Source: Eledone cirrhosa (lineage: Eukaryota). From it: DNA of 64,000 nucleotides. The stretch is taken from contig OZ024743.1 of assembly GCA_964016885.1 (NCBI GenBank), positions 364,188,001-364,252,000 on the forward strand. Reading direction: 5' to 3'. The position numbers and the translations under genes were made by a program. Of the stretch, positions 26,420 through 39,000 are shown one piece after another (position 1 is the stretch's first letter; the number at the start of each line of letters is the position of its first letter). The notes under the pieces were generated by a model. The model did no database searches, was not told the DNA's origin, and saw nothing but the letters and a program-made list of their open reading frames with translations.

Positions 26420-28100
26420 AAAAGTTTAAGCAAAGAATTTCTGCTTTCACTCGAAGCGAGATCATCCGAAACTGTTCATTTTAGAACAGCCGAATAATTT
26501 ATAGCTCGACTGTTCGGTGAGGGCAGGGGGTCAGAGACGGTTACAGACTTCAGTTCCTACCTCGACGGTCTCCCCCGGCGATGTTGAGTGCTGCAAAAGG
26601 CCGATAACACATAAAGACCGAGATTTGGGATGCTTTGGTTGGTTTCACGAGGCGCAAGTCACCCGGTTTGGATGGTCTGCTCTACGAATTTTGCCTAGAT
26701 GCGCCAGACTTGTTCTCCAATCTCCTTGAAATGATCTCCTGCAACTGGCAGCAGAACAGAGTGTTCCCAGTTCTGTGAGCCGGGGTGTAGTAACGCTGAT
26801 AAGGAATGGCGAGAACAAGAAGGATACAGTAGATAATTTCCGGTCCATAACTCTGTTGAACACAGAGTTTAAGATTTGGGCCAAGGTGTTAACGAAGAGG
26901 TTGGTGCTTGTGGTCTAGGTTCGGATAGGGAAGGCGCAAACTTGTGCAATCCCGACCAGGTCCATACACGACAACCTCCGCCTCATGCGATACATCATAG
27001 AGAGGGAAGGGTGTAAACCTGGTTTCAGTGGGGTTCTGATCAATTTAGATCAATCAAAAGCCCACGATGAGGTTGACCATCCATACCTAGAGGCTGTCCT
27101 CCAGGCAGCTAGCTTCGGTCCCGTATTCAGGCGCTGTATCGCTGCAATGAACAGCGGCATCTGTTCGGTGGTCAAAGTAAATGGTCATCTTTCGGAACCG
27201 TTTCAGCTCGCGCGATCGCTCTCCCCTCCCTTCTGAACGTATTGACTCTCGAGCCTTTACTGCGGAAGATGGAGATGTTGCAGTGCATCCCGCGCGAAGC
27301 GTAGCTTGGAAGGGCTGTATCGGCATGTGCGGATGACATCTCTGTGATGGTGTGGAACACCTCGGAAATCGAGATGGTCGACACCTTCCTTCGAGAATAT
27401 GAAAGGTTGACGGGAGCAAAACTGAAACCAGAAAAGACAGTGGGTTTGAAGCTCGGCACCTGGAGAGGCAAATCCATGCCGTTCAACAGCATCGTCGGAC
27501 GCTGGATGGACGACCAGTAAAGTTGCTCGGGGTTTGGCTTGGACCAGACCTCCTGGTGGATACAAACTGGAATGCTAGAGGTGACTAGCAGGGTGGTCAC
27601 TCTCACCCAGAAATGGGTCGACAGGAAGCTGTCCCTGAAAGGTCAGGTGGAGATGGAGAATGTGTACACCGTGTCTGTCATCTACTATCACCTGACCGTC
27701 GTGCTTTGCTCACGTTCGCACCTCACCAAATTAAAACGTCTTCTCTTCTGCTTTTTTAAGGAAGGGACAGTTTCCATTGGTGAGTCGGTCTATCTGCTGC
27801 CAGCACCTTCTTCGCGGATCGCTGGGCATGCCATGGCGGATGATGCACAAGCTACGGCATCTTCAGATATCCTTAAACGGTGAATAGTTGTGGTTGCTGT
27901 TTGTAAGACCGGGCTTTCCAGAGCTCCTCTCTTTGACTGAGCTGCAGTCCTGGATCAGGAAGAAACCGAGACTGGACGCCTGGTATCTGGAATGTTTGCA
28001 GGTGCTCACTGCCCAGGCTGGCAATGCGGTCAATGGAAATTCCACTCTAGAATTCTATAGAAGGTTAGGGGTGGGCAAGTACGACGACGCTCTTGGAGAG
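26420..28100 (+). mobile_element. degenerate Tx1/L1-clade ORF2 fragment
   Basis: MRYIIER, LINLDQSKA, RKLSLKGQ; homologous to the 41-42.6 kb region. Confidence 0.88.
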
Positions 28101-28620
28101 TCAGCAATATTTTCTTTATTTATTGCAGTGATGTTTTTTCAGGCATCCGTTCCACATATTTTTTAGTTCCCTTTTTTATCGTTCCAAGTGCACCGACTAT
28201 CACTGGTATTGTATAGGCTTTAAGATGCCACATTTTCTCAATTTCAATTGATAGATCTTTATACTTACTGAGCTTTCTGAACTTTTTCGAGATGTTACGA
28301 ACTGATAGAATGCTCATGTCAATTAAAAAACATGTTTTCTCTTTATGGTCCTTCACAATTATATCAGGTTTGTTGGCCTTGATTGTTCTGTCAGTGTTCA
28401 CAGGGAAATCACAGTGGATTGTTACATTACTGCATCTAAGTGATGGTTGTACCATTTTCCCTCCGTGTTCAGACCATAAACCCTGCACATTACCCATTGT
28501 AAATATTTCCCCACTCTATCATGCATCGTTTTATATTGCTGGGGAGCTAATACTCTGCAGCCTGAAACCACACCTGAAACCACAATGGTCTCAATTTTGC
28601 TCATCACATAATTGACACAT
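28101..28620 (-). mobile_element. R4/Dong-like C-terminal (RLE) fragment
   Basis: NKPDIIVKD...LIDMSI...KLSKYKDLSIEIEKMW...IPVIVGALG. Confidence 0.88.
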
Positions 28621-28649
28621 TGGCTTTAAAGTTGCGCGTTGACCGACAC

Positions 28650-29580
28650 TGGTTATCTGTAGCCAAAATCTCTACCTTCCCCTAACTTTCTATAGAACGT
28701 AAGTGTTGTTTTCTGGCCACCTATCACGTTGTTCAGTTGGTAATGTGCCGTGAATGCCTGATAGCATGCTAGATGCCAGTCACCCAACCTTCGTCTGCGC
28801 TTGAGCCAGGACTGTAACTCGATGACCAAGGAGACGAGCTGTGGAAATATATGACGTTCGAAAGGCGGCCACACTGGTTGTGCTTCGCTTTCGTTATCAT
28901 CGTTATTACTGTTCTTGATGTAATAAGACAGGTGCGTTAGTCACGGCGCGTATCTGCGCATCTAATTGATGGCATCCTGAAGGCACCATGGAGTGGATGT
29001 TGGAAGCAGATTGATTTTTTGATCAGCGGGACTTCCCCCTTCCACAAAAAAGTAGAAAAGCATGCGTTCCAATTTGGTCAAGTGTTTTGGGGGACATGGT
29101 ACAAGGGTCATATAGTAATATACCACTGAAGTGATGTGCCAACACATAAAGAAGGGGGAATGGGACATCCCTGGTGGACCGAGCGTTTGATAAGGAATGA
29201 TTCCGGTATGTAGCCATTTAGTTTGACTAGCGAACAGGTGTTGCAGTAGAATGTAGCGATCCATCTTCTGAAATCAGGGTCAAATCTAGTTGCTCGTAGG
29301 ACAGCCTCAAGGTAGCAATGGTCTACTCACTCAAATGCTTTGGACTGATCTAAATTAACCAGGGCTGCAGCAAAGTTATGTCTATTTTTGACTCGTTCTA
29401 CGATATATCTCATGAAACTGATATTGTCATGGATCTGTCAGGGATTGCACAGGTTTGTGCAGCTCCGATTACACTAGAAATGGCACATGTCAACCCTCTG
29501 GCAATCACCTTCGCTCTATGTTCAGCTCTATGTTCAGGCGAGTTATGAGCCTCAAATTTTCAATTACGTCCCCCATGTAA
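28650..29580 (-). mobile_element. highly degenerate Tx1/L1-clade ORF2 pieces
   Basis: FPQLVSL..LQSW, YYYMTLVPCP..LTKLERMLF, NLDQSKAF remnants. Confidence 0.75.
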
Positions 29581-29669
29581 TGCTGTAAACGTAGGTCCGA
29601 TGTTTATAAAATTGAACTTCCCATCAATAAGATGATTTGGGAAGATCGTCACAACCAGAGCAAGAAGTT

Positions 29670-29930
29670 TGAACAGACTATAAAAAAGCTTTTGACAGTA
29701 ATGCCACATAGTTGGATCGAGAAATGTTTGGCAACTTATAAGATATGACCTATTTTAAGAAACTGTCTATTTGTTTGTATGAAATCATGGAAAACTACAC
29801 TGGTTTTGAATAATGAGAACTCTCTGAATGTTGAAAACTCTCGTCGTATTTTTCAGGGGGATTCTCTATCACTTCCCTTCTTTTGTCTAGCTCTGATACC
29901 TCTATCCAGATTACTCAGTGAAACACACCA
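29670..29930 (+). mobile_element. R4/Dong-like RT fragment
   Basis: DYKKAFD, HSWIEKCL, MKSWKTTL, IFQGDSLS, FCLALIPLS, collinear with ~37965-38225. Confidence 0.85.
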
Positions 29931-29934
29931 TAAT

Positions 29935-32900
29935 ATATATAGAAAACAAAAACAAAGGATGTAACAAAAAAAAATAAAAACAAAGGAAAAATTCCCCAAT
30001 AGGGGGAAGACTTCCGATGGTCACTCGTTGAAAAAGCCCACAAAAAGCCACGGTCACCCTGACCGCTAGAGCAAGCGCCCTATCCCAGTTTTCCTCCTAC
30101 GCTACTACAGGCACACACTCAGAGAAGACCTATTCACACGGGCCATTCTTGCCTCTCTCATCCATCTTTCAACAAACTGGCTGGAAGGCAGCACATCCCT
30201 CTCCACCGTGATTTTCTTTTTCAAGTAAAACCTGAAAAAGTTAATGAGGGCGTCACCGAAGAGGAACGTGCCTGTCTTCAGCCCTTTCAGACGCATCCAC
30301 CATACAACCTCTTTCACCATGGCCACCAGGCAGATAAATATCACCTGCCCATTCTGGTTAAAAGAGGATGGCGGGGCAATCTTCATGATGGACAGGCCCG
30401 GCTAACGGCACTTCCATGCCTGTAAAGTTTAACTCGAATTGGCAGTGCTCCCCGGTAACACTGCCAGGCCAGGGACTTCTGGAAGCTATACATTGACCCT
30501 GGACCAAAAGTCTTCCCGAAGAGCTAGTTGGCTTTCGCCGAAACCCAGAGTTTCCCCAAGGACGTCGTCGCTCTTGCCCTCCATTAACCCTCTATAGAAC
30601 GTCAGGGTGGAGTTTCCATCGATCGCATCGCCCAACTGGTCGAGGGCTGTGAGCGCCTGAAGACATTCCAGTCTCCAAGCGCTTCCTCTCGGTCTTCGCT
30701 TGACTGCAGCTCCGTCAAGGAGACGAGCTGGGGGAAACGTGTCTAGCAAACGGCGACGCACCTGTTCACCGTCGAGAAAGAGGTGGACATGCCGTAGCCT
30801 CAGTGCATGTCTGCGCATCATCAACAACGGCAATCCCAGCGCTCCACGTAGCGGGTGTTGACAGCAGATAGACACCTGACCATCGGAGGTCCCTTCTACA
30901 AAAAGCGAAAGAGCAAACGCTCCAGCGCAGTCAGGCGAGGCTTAGGACAAGGCACGATGGTCAGGTGGTAATAGATGAGAGAGGTCACCCCGCTCGTCAC
31001 CTTGTCCCAGGTGTTGTCCGTCTGGAGGTCCTGACCGAACCAGACCCCTATCAATGTAACCAGTCCGTCCGTCCAGCGCCCGAAGACGCTGTTGGATGGC
31101 ATGGATCTGCCTCTCCGGGTTCCGAGCCGCAGACCCACCAACTTTTCCTGGTTGATCATTGTTCCTATCTCCGCCTCGTAATCTCTTAGAGTAGTGCCGA
31201 TCGCCTCGATGTGTTTGGCGTTCGACACTACTACGTTGACGTCGTCGGCTTATGCTGACACGGTTCTCCCGCATCCCAGTTCGGACGGGACGCCCCTCAA
31301 CGTCTCCAGTTCGTGCATTAAAGACTCGAGAGTCAATACGTACAACAGGGACGAGAGGGGATATTTTCGGCGGATCGAGCGCATGATGTTGAACGGTTCT
31401 GAAAGGTGACCGTTCACTCTCACCACAGAGCGGATGTTATTGTGCATGACAGTATCCTACCTCCAAAGACGGGCCCAAATCTGGACGCTCTCGGGATCGC
31501 CGCCAGATAACGAGAGTCGACCCTATCAAAAGCTGAATTAATCAAGGCGTCACCCGTGCCATGTTCGTTAGCTATCCTCTCCACGATGTATCGCATGAGG
31601 TGGAGGTCATGGATGGATCTGTTTGGAATGGCGTATGTCTGCGCCTCTCTCACCAGACCACCGACGACAAACGCCAACCTCTTTACTAGCACCTTGTGTT
31701 TAGCAGAGTTATCTATGTTGTTCTCCTTGTTCGGGTCCTTTCTCAGCAGCGCCGCCGCTCCTCGGCTCACAGAGCTGGAAATTCTCCCGTTCTGCCGCCA
31801 GTTGCAGTAGACGTCCGTCAAGAGGTCGTCGAGCAAGTCTGGCATGTGTACGTAAAGCTCGTAGGGCAGACCATCCAAACCAGCAGATTTACCCCTTGTG
31901 CAGTCAGTCATTGCCTCCCGTACTTCAGCGGTTGTTATTGGCTTTTCGCAACACTCCGCCTCAGTGGCCGAGAGCCACGGCAACCGTCGAGGTAGGCACA
32001 AAAGTCCATCATGCGATCCGACCGACTCCTGCCTCCGAACAGCTGAGCGAAGTTCCACTGAAAAGCCGCACACATTTGCTCGGGTTCGAGTAATATGCGC
32101 CCGTCGTGGTCCTCCAAAGACCGGATCATGGCTTTGTTGCCACGATACGCCTCCGCCTCTCGGGCCTATCGAACGGCTTTCGTCCCCTCGTGTCTGACAA
32201 TGCAGCCTTCGTGCTTTGCGTTGAAGAATTGGTTGAGGGCAAATCTAGTCACAAGCACGTCGGTCACAATGCCTTTACTAAGCACCTCGTCTAATTTTCT
32301 AACTAGTTCTCCCATCTGCTCTATTTTTCTCTATTACTAACACCTTACTAAACCTAATGGACTCTATTCTAATCGCCCTTTTTCAGGACGAACCACCATT
32401 TGTTGTTGACGATTGTCTCCTTCAATGCCCGCTTAATTAGTTTGCTAATCCGGTCTCTGTGGGCTTTGCGCGCTGTTAACGATGCGTTTAGCTTCCAGTA
32501 GGCGTCTATGAAGCCTATCTAAGTCGACCACACAGATCACGACTTTGTGGTTCGTGTAGTCGACTATTTTGAATTGTGGACAACCTATTCTAGAACTATA
32601 TATTTACTTACAAAATACTCTATCAAGATACGATCTGGATGACCCGATGCGGTTTGTCCATGTCCACATTGGCACATTCGGGAAATCCAGTCGGTACCTG
32701 TCAGACAGTTGGAAACGTCTGAGCAGGTTTGTGAGGCTTTTACACTCTCCTCTCCTATCCGCTAATTTCATATAATCCCAGCCTGCATCCAAGATCCCGT
32801 TCCAATCACCCACTAACATTAAAGAGCGGGACGTTCCTAGGAGGGTCTCCAGTCACCTGAAGAAATCAGGCCGTCCTGCCCGCCGGGGCTTAAACAGCCA

Positions 32901-33060
32901 CTAGCCTAAAAGCATAACTTTCGCTGCTGGTCACGTCCAGCACCACCAACTTACTTTCTGGGTCTAGGAAGATGGTCAGTATCACGAGATCCAGGCCTCT
33001 TCGAAACAACACAGCAACTCCACCTCCCAATCCCGGCCGGCTTGAAGATGCGTACACATC
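29935..33060 (-). mobile_element. degenerate Tx1/L1-clade element (nearly whole ORF2 plus 3' UTR)
   Basis: Collinear with ~40240-43660; APE and RT motifs with frameshifts. Confidence 0.92.
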
Positions 33061-33370
33061 TTGGTTGTGGTGTTCGACATTATGGCGGTGGAGATGGCGG
33101 CTTCAACACCTGTAGACATTGGCAAATGCGGGAAGTCTACGTCTGCACGTGGCAAACTTTGGCGATTTCTATTGTTGCTGATGCTGTTAGTGAAAACGTT
33201 ATCGGTTTTGGCAATTATAGCAAGGTTCACAATGGTGGTAGTGGTAGTAGTGTGTATGTTAGAGCCGCTGTCGCGTGACAGCTGGCTTAATTTGGGGAGG
33301 CGTATACCGTCCATGTTTTTTTTTTCAAAACAATTGCTTGGTTGATAAAATAAAGTTTTAATAATAAGTT

Positions 33371-33372
<2 letters not shown>

Positions 33373-33423
<51 letters not shown>
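33373..33423 (+). repeat. (AAT)n tract, 5' flank of Dong insertion
   Basis: Direct reading. Confidence 0.97.
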
Positions 33424-33424
<1 letters not shown>

Positions 33425-34858
33425 GACGATCTTAAGCTCTTCGGGAAAAGTGAGAAGGAGTTGGATGTGCTTGTTGACACTGTCCGTATTTTCAGCAGTG
33501 ATATATGTATGCAGTTTGGTATTGGTAAATGTAGAGTCATTGTGATGAAGAGGGGTAGGTTGAGCAGAAGTAACGGGATCCAGATACCAACAGGTGAGAT
33601 GATAAAGGAAATTGACTCTGGGGAAGGATACAAGTATTTGGGCGTTCTGGAGGCTGATGGCATAAAGAACAAAAAAATGAAGGAATTGTTAAGAACTGAA
33701 TACATTCGAAGAGTAAGGAGCGTATTGAAGTCACATCTGAACAGCAGAAATGCCATAAGCGCAGTAAATTCCCGAGCTGTGTCTATTATTAGGTACAGTG
33801 CGGGAATTCTGAGATGGAATGTTGCTGAACAAAAAGAAATGGATAGGAAGACTAGGAAGCTATTGACTATCTACAACATGTTCCACAAGAGGAGTGATGT
33901 CGATAGACTCTACCTAAGGAGATCTGAGGGTGGAAGAGGTCTTATCAGCATAGAGGACTGTGTTCAGATGGAGAAAAACAACCTATACAAATACATGACC
34001 TATAGTAAGGAGCCAATGCTCAGAACTGTACTGAAGGAGGGGACAGTAGGCCAGGGGATGTCCAAGGAGGAAATAACATCAAGGAGGAAGAGCAGCCTTA
34101 AGGGAAAATCCCTTCATAGTACCTTCTTTGAGAAAACTGAATTTAGAGATCCACAGACATGGAACTGGTTGAGAAGAGGAGACCTCAAAAAGGCTACAGA
34201 AGGAATGCTAATGGCTGCGCAGGAGCAGGCCCTCAAAACGAAGTGGTTGAAGCACCATATCTACAAGGAGGAGGCTAGCCCACTGTGCAGGATCTGTGGA
34301 GAGAGAGAGGAGACTGTGGCTCACATTGTGTCCGAGTGTAAACACCTAGCCCAGACCCACTATAAGGGCTGGAGACACGATGTGATGGGCAGGGTGATCC
34401 ACTGGCACCTGTGCAAAGTAAACAATCTACCACATTCTGAGAAATGGTATGAGCATAGGCCAGAGGCGGTGATGGAGAACAGTCAGGTGAAGGTGCTGTG
34501 GGATTTTAGGATACAGACGGACAAAAAACTGGAACACAATAGACCTGACCTGGTGGTTGTGGACAAAGAAAAAAGATCGTGCCTGATTGTGGATGTGGCC
34601 TGCCCGTTCGACACGAGAGTGCAAGAGAAGGAGAGGGAGAAAATTAACCGATACCAGGACCTAAAGTGGGAGGTGAAAAGGATCTGGAACTGCCATGAAG
34701 TCAAAGTGATCCCGATTGTCATAGGCGCACTGGGGACTATCTCCAAAGGTTTCCAGGGATGGTTAAAGAAAATCGGCCCCTTCACGCTTTTTGGAACGCT
34801 TCAAAAGGCATGCTTGCTTGGAACAGCAAGAACCCTCCGATACGTCCTGAATATCTGA
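33422..34858 (+). CDS. uninterrupted C-terminal 478 aa of Dong-like RT/RLE protein (truncated, not functional alone)
   Basis: MDDLKL, YKYLG, RSEGGRGL, CRIC...HIVSEC, RHD, RPDLVV...VDVACP...K..Y. Confidence 0.8.
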
Positions 34859-34927
34859 GGCTGCAGGTAGTGGCTTGATATTCAACGGACTTTCCAGTTA
34901 ACCAACATCAATGACTGAGATTCAAGG
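33422..34927 (+). mobile_element. 5'-truncated R4/Dong-like element (family B), flanked by (AAT)n on both sides
   Basis: Close sibling of 48858-50364; (AAT)n tail at 34928-35013. Confidence 0.93.
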
Positions 34928-34939
34928 AATAACAATAAC

Positions 34940-35013
<74 letters not shown>

Positions 35014-36011
35014 GGAATACCTAGGGAAGAAGACGCACGAGGTGGTAGAAGGTCATGAAATCGCTCCCGTAAGTTTTTGATTTTTAACATATTTAAATCA
35101 ATTGTGAAATAACAATTCTTAGTACAAATGTTGCATAAACCAACGAATGAAGTCCCATAAAATTTCGGATCCACATTATATTGTTATATCGCTCAAATAT
35201 TCAATTTTGTATTATATATTTTGTATTCAAAAAAAGAAAATGGTTATAAATGGAAGAAAACACCCTGTCTACACTATATAGAACAGCCAAATAACAGCAA
35301 TTTCACCAACACCAGAAACTTGATACACCACCTATCCCATCACACTAAATATAACAGCCAGATAACGGCAATTTCACCACCACCAACATCAATCCCGGCA
35401 TGATAATAATAATTACTATTATTATTGTCTCAAATTTTAACAAAATGTTTAATTCCAATTTTACGGGAATATGTCAACACAATATATATTAAACATACGA
35501 AGACAAACTCATAGATACTACATATCACAAAACCCAGTAACCACAACGCCACCGCCGCCACCACCCCATCCATCATCTTGCTACCACTATCCCATCGCCG
35601 CCGCCACCACTCCTTCATTGCTACCACCACTATTCCCCTGTTAACTTGAGAGAGAAAGGGGAAGGTGGCGGTATCACTAGACAAGGGAGAGGCTAGCAAA
35701 AGATATAAATAGATTGACTTAGTGACCTGGCCACCGGCCAAACGTCAACATCAACAACTATGGGACTGCTGACTCACCCCTTCCTCACCAACAATATAAA
35801 AAGCCCCGGCACCACCACCGACATAGCCAACAACAATAACAGGCAACTACAGCAAAAAGTATATTATATTATTGTAATGCACTGGGTGATTGCTGGCCTT
35901 GTGCCTGGAGTGGAGACAATTATTAATAATTTCATTCTTAAGCCACGCAATGCTCACATTAAGGAACCACTCATGATAATAACAATTTAAAAAAAACAAC
36001 AAAAAGAAAAC

Positions 36012-39000
36012 CCCGTGACCAAGAAATACCGGGATGGCGGCCGGCGGGGAATAGCCGTGTCTCTAGGGGAGAACGACCCCTCTAGTCTTGGTTGACACTC
36101 GTTCTAGAAGTGGTAACACGAAATGATTACCCCTTGGCGGATAAGGATAAAACGCGACAAAATAAAGTAAAGGTCTAATGATAAAATCTCATACCGGATC
36201 GGCCGTCACCCGGGTAAAAAAGGGCCGCGTCCCTCAGAGAGGAACCAGACTGGGGTCGAAAAATCAGCTAATGGTTCAAACCTTCCCATCACTTCGGAGC
36301 TGGAGACCTCCCATAACCGGAATACTCCTACTGTTGGCCCTCCATGCTCACCACCAAGAAATCCAAAGAAAAAGAGAGAAAAATGGTCAAGGGAAGATAA
36401 TAAAGAAGTCCTTGAGGCTTTCTACACTGCCATGTACTACCCATCAAATACATCGAATACAGAACAGACATATATCAACTGGAAAAAGAAACATCCCGAA
36501 AACAGAGGCTATACTGACAGTAACAAACTAGCCAATATACGAAGAAATATTGTAAGAAAAAGGTTACTAACTGATATAGAAATTGATCAGATCAAGCTAT
36601 TAGCACAAAGTCAGCGAAGGGAAAATGAAACATGTGTCAGTGAAAACGAGGTAAACTGTAACACTTCGAACCCCAGGGTTGGGGCGGAATCACTGGCAAC
36701 AGAACAAATTAAAGAAAGGATCGAAAAAGTGGAGGGAGTGCATGCTCAGGATGAAACTCCAAATGAAAATAATGAGATCGTAAATGATAAAGAAATGAAT
36801 GAGAATGAACTTGCCAACTTGAAGGATGAAATTATGATCGAATGGATGAAAATGAAAGAATCTGACATGGGGCAACGAGACACCCTCCCTAAGATCCAGA
36901 ACTTCAAACAGAACCAAAAGATAATACACAAGACTAACATAATTCTCAAAAACATTATCATCACAAACAAACTAAACATTACTGATTTAAATCATCTCTA
37001 TTATGCATCGGCTAAAGTCACCACTCACTTATGTGGAGTGAAGATGCAAAAACAAAGGAATTCCCACAAGAAATCTACTTGGCAAGAGAACATCAATCGC
37101 CAAATAAACCTTCTCCGATCTGACATAGAAATTTTAACAAACTATAAAGTAGGTGAACATGTTAAACAAACTAAACTTAGAAAATTGAAAAAAAAGTACA
37201 GTATAAAATCAACATGTGACATAGACATGCTGATAGAAATAATCAAGCAAAAAGTGTCGGCCAAAGCTGCTCGTATAAGGCGCTTTGAAAAACGATCTAG
37301 ATTCTATAAGGACAATAATATGTTCAAAAACAACCAAAGAAACTTCTACAGAAAAATTGGTAAGTCAACAATAACTGCTAAATCAATACCACCCAAGGAG
37401 GAAGTGCAAGAATTCTGGGAAAAGATCTGGGCCGAAGAAAAAGTTCATAACATACATGCCCCATGGATAGACAGACAAATGAAAGATACAGCTCACCTTG
37501 AGGAACAAATATGGGAAAATATAACAGTTGAACAGTTGCGCTTGGCTCTAAGAAAAACCAGCAAATGGAAATCCCCAGGAAAAGACAAAATACAAAACTT
37601 TTGGATAAATGCCTTCACAGAGTCTCATGAGCTGTTAGCCCAACTTTACAATGAAATAGTTAAGGAGCCAGAAAAAATACCATCATGGCTAGTTAACGGC
37701 ATTACATTCCTGCTTCCGAAGAATGATGAGACAAACAATCCCAAAAATTACAGACCGATAACTTGCTTGACCACAATGTATAAAATTTTAACATCAGTCC
37801 TAACTGAATACACATATGACCACCTGATAACAAATGACCTATTTCCCATTGAGCAGAAAGGGTGTAAACGAGGCTCATATGGCTGTAAGGATCAGCTTCT
37901 GGTTAACAAAATGATACTGGAAGATTGTCATAATAGACACAAAAATCTATCGATTGCTTGGATAGATTATAAAAAAGCATTCGATAGTTTGCCACACAGT
38001 TGGATTGAAAAATGTTTAGAGATTTTCAAAATATCCCCCGTTGTCAGGAGGTTTTTGTCATTCAGTATGAAGACATGGAAAACGACACTCCTTTTGAATA
38101 GTGAAACAAAATCACTGGAAGCTGGAGAAGTTAATATTAATTGTGGAATTTTTCAGGGTGACTCTTTATCACCGCTTTTATTCTGCATTGCACTTATACC
38201 ATTAAGTAAAATGCTCAATGAAACGAAACATGGATATAAAGTCTATGACAAAACCATTAATCACCTGTTCTACATGGATGACCTGAAACTATTTGCAAAA
38301 AATGATGAACAATTGCAAGGGCTATTATCCACTGTGGAGCAGTTCAGTGATGACATTAAAATGGAGTTTGGACTAGATAAATGCGCCAAAGCAACGTTCA
38401 CCAGAGGAAAGCTGCTGAAGAGTTCAGACATTAATCTTGATCGGGGGAACGTGATAAGAGAACTTGATCAAGAAAAAACTTACAAATATCTAGGTGTTTG
38501 TGAAGGAGACGGAATCAAGCACTCGACAATGAGGGAAAGGATAAGGAAGGAATGTTACCGCAGAGTAAGAGCAATCTTAAGAACGGAATTGAATGCAAGG
38601 AATAGGATCGATGCCATAAACACGCTTGCCATACCAGTAGTAACCTACAGTTACAATATCATCAACTGGTCAAGCACAGAGATCCGTAGGCTCGATACAA
38701 AAATTCGAAAATTCTTAACCATGCACAGAATGCATCACCCTAAGGCAGATATAGATAGAATATATCTCCCTAGGAAAGAAGGAGGACGTGGGTTAATCCA
38801 GTTAGACATTGCGTTGAAAACTGCAACAATTGGATTATCTACATATCTAAGGGAATCACATGATTGGATGATCAAACTCGTTTTGAAACACGAAAGCATC
38901 AAAAGATCATATTCCATTACAAAAGATGCACAAAGATACAGTAATGGACTACAAATTTCAGAAGTCCCATTTACTGCTGAAATGGAAAACACAGAAAAAG

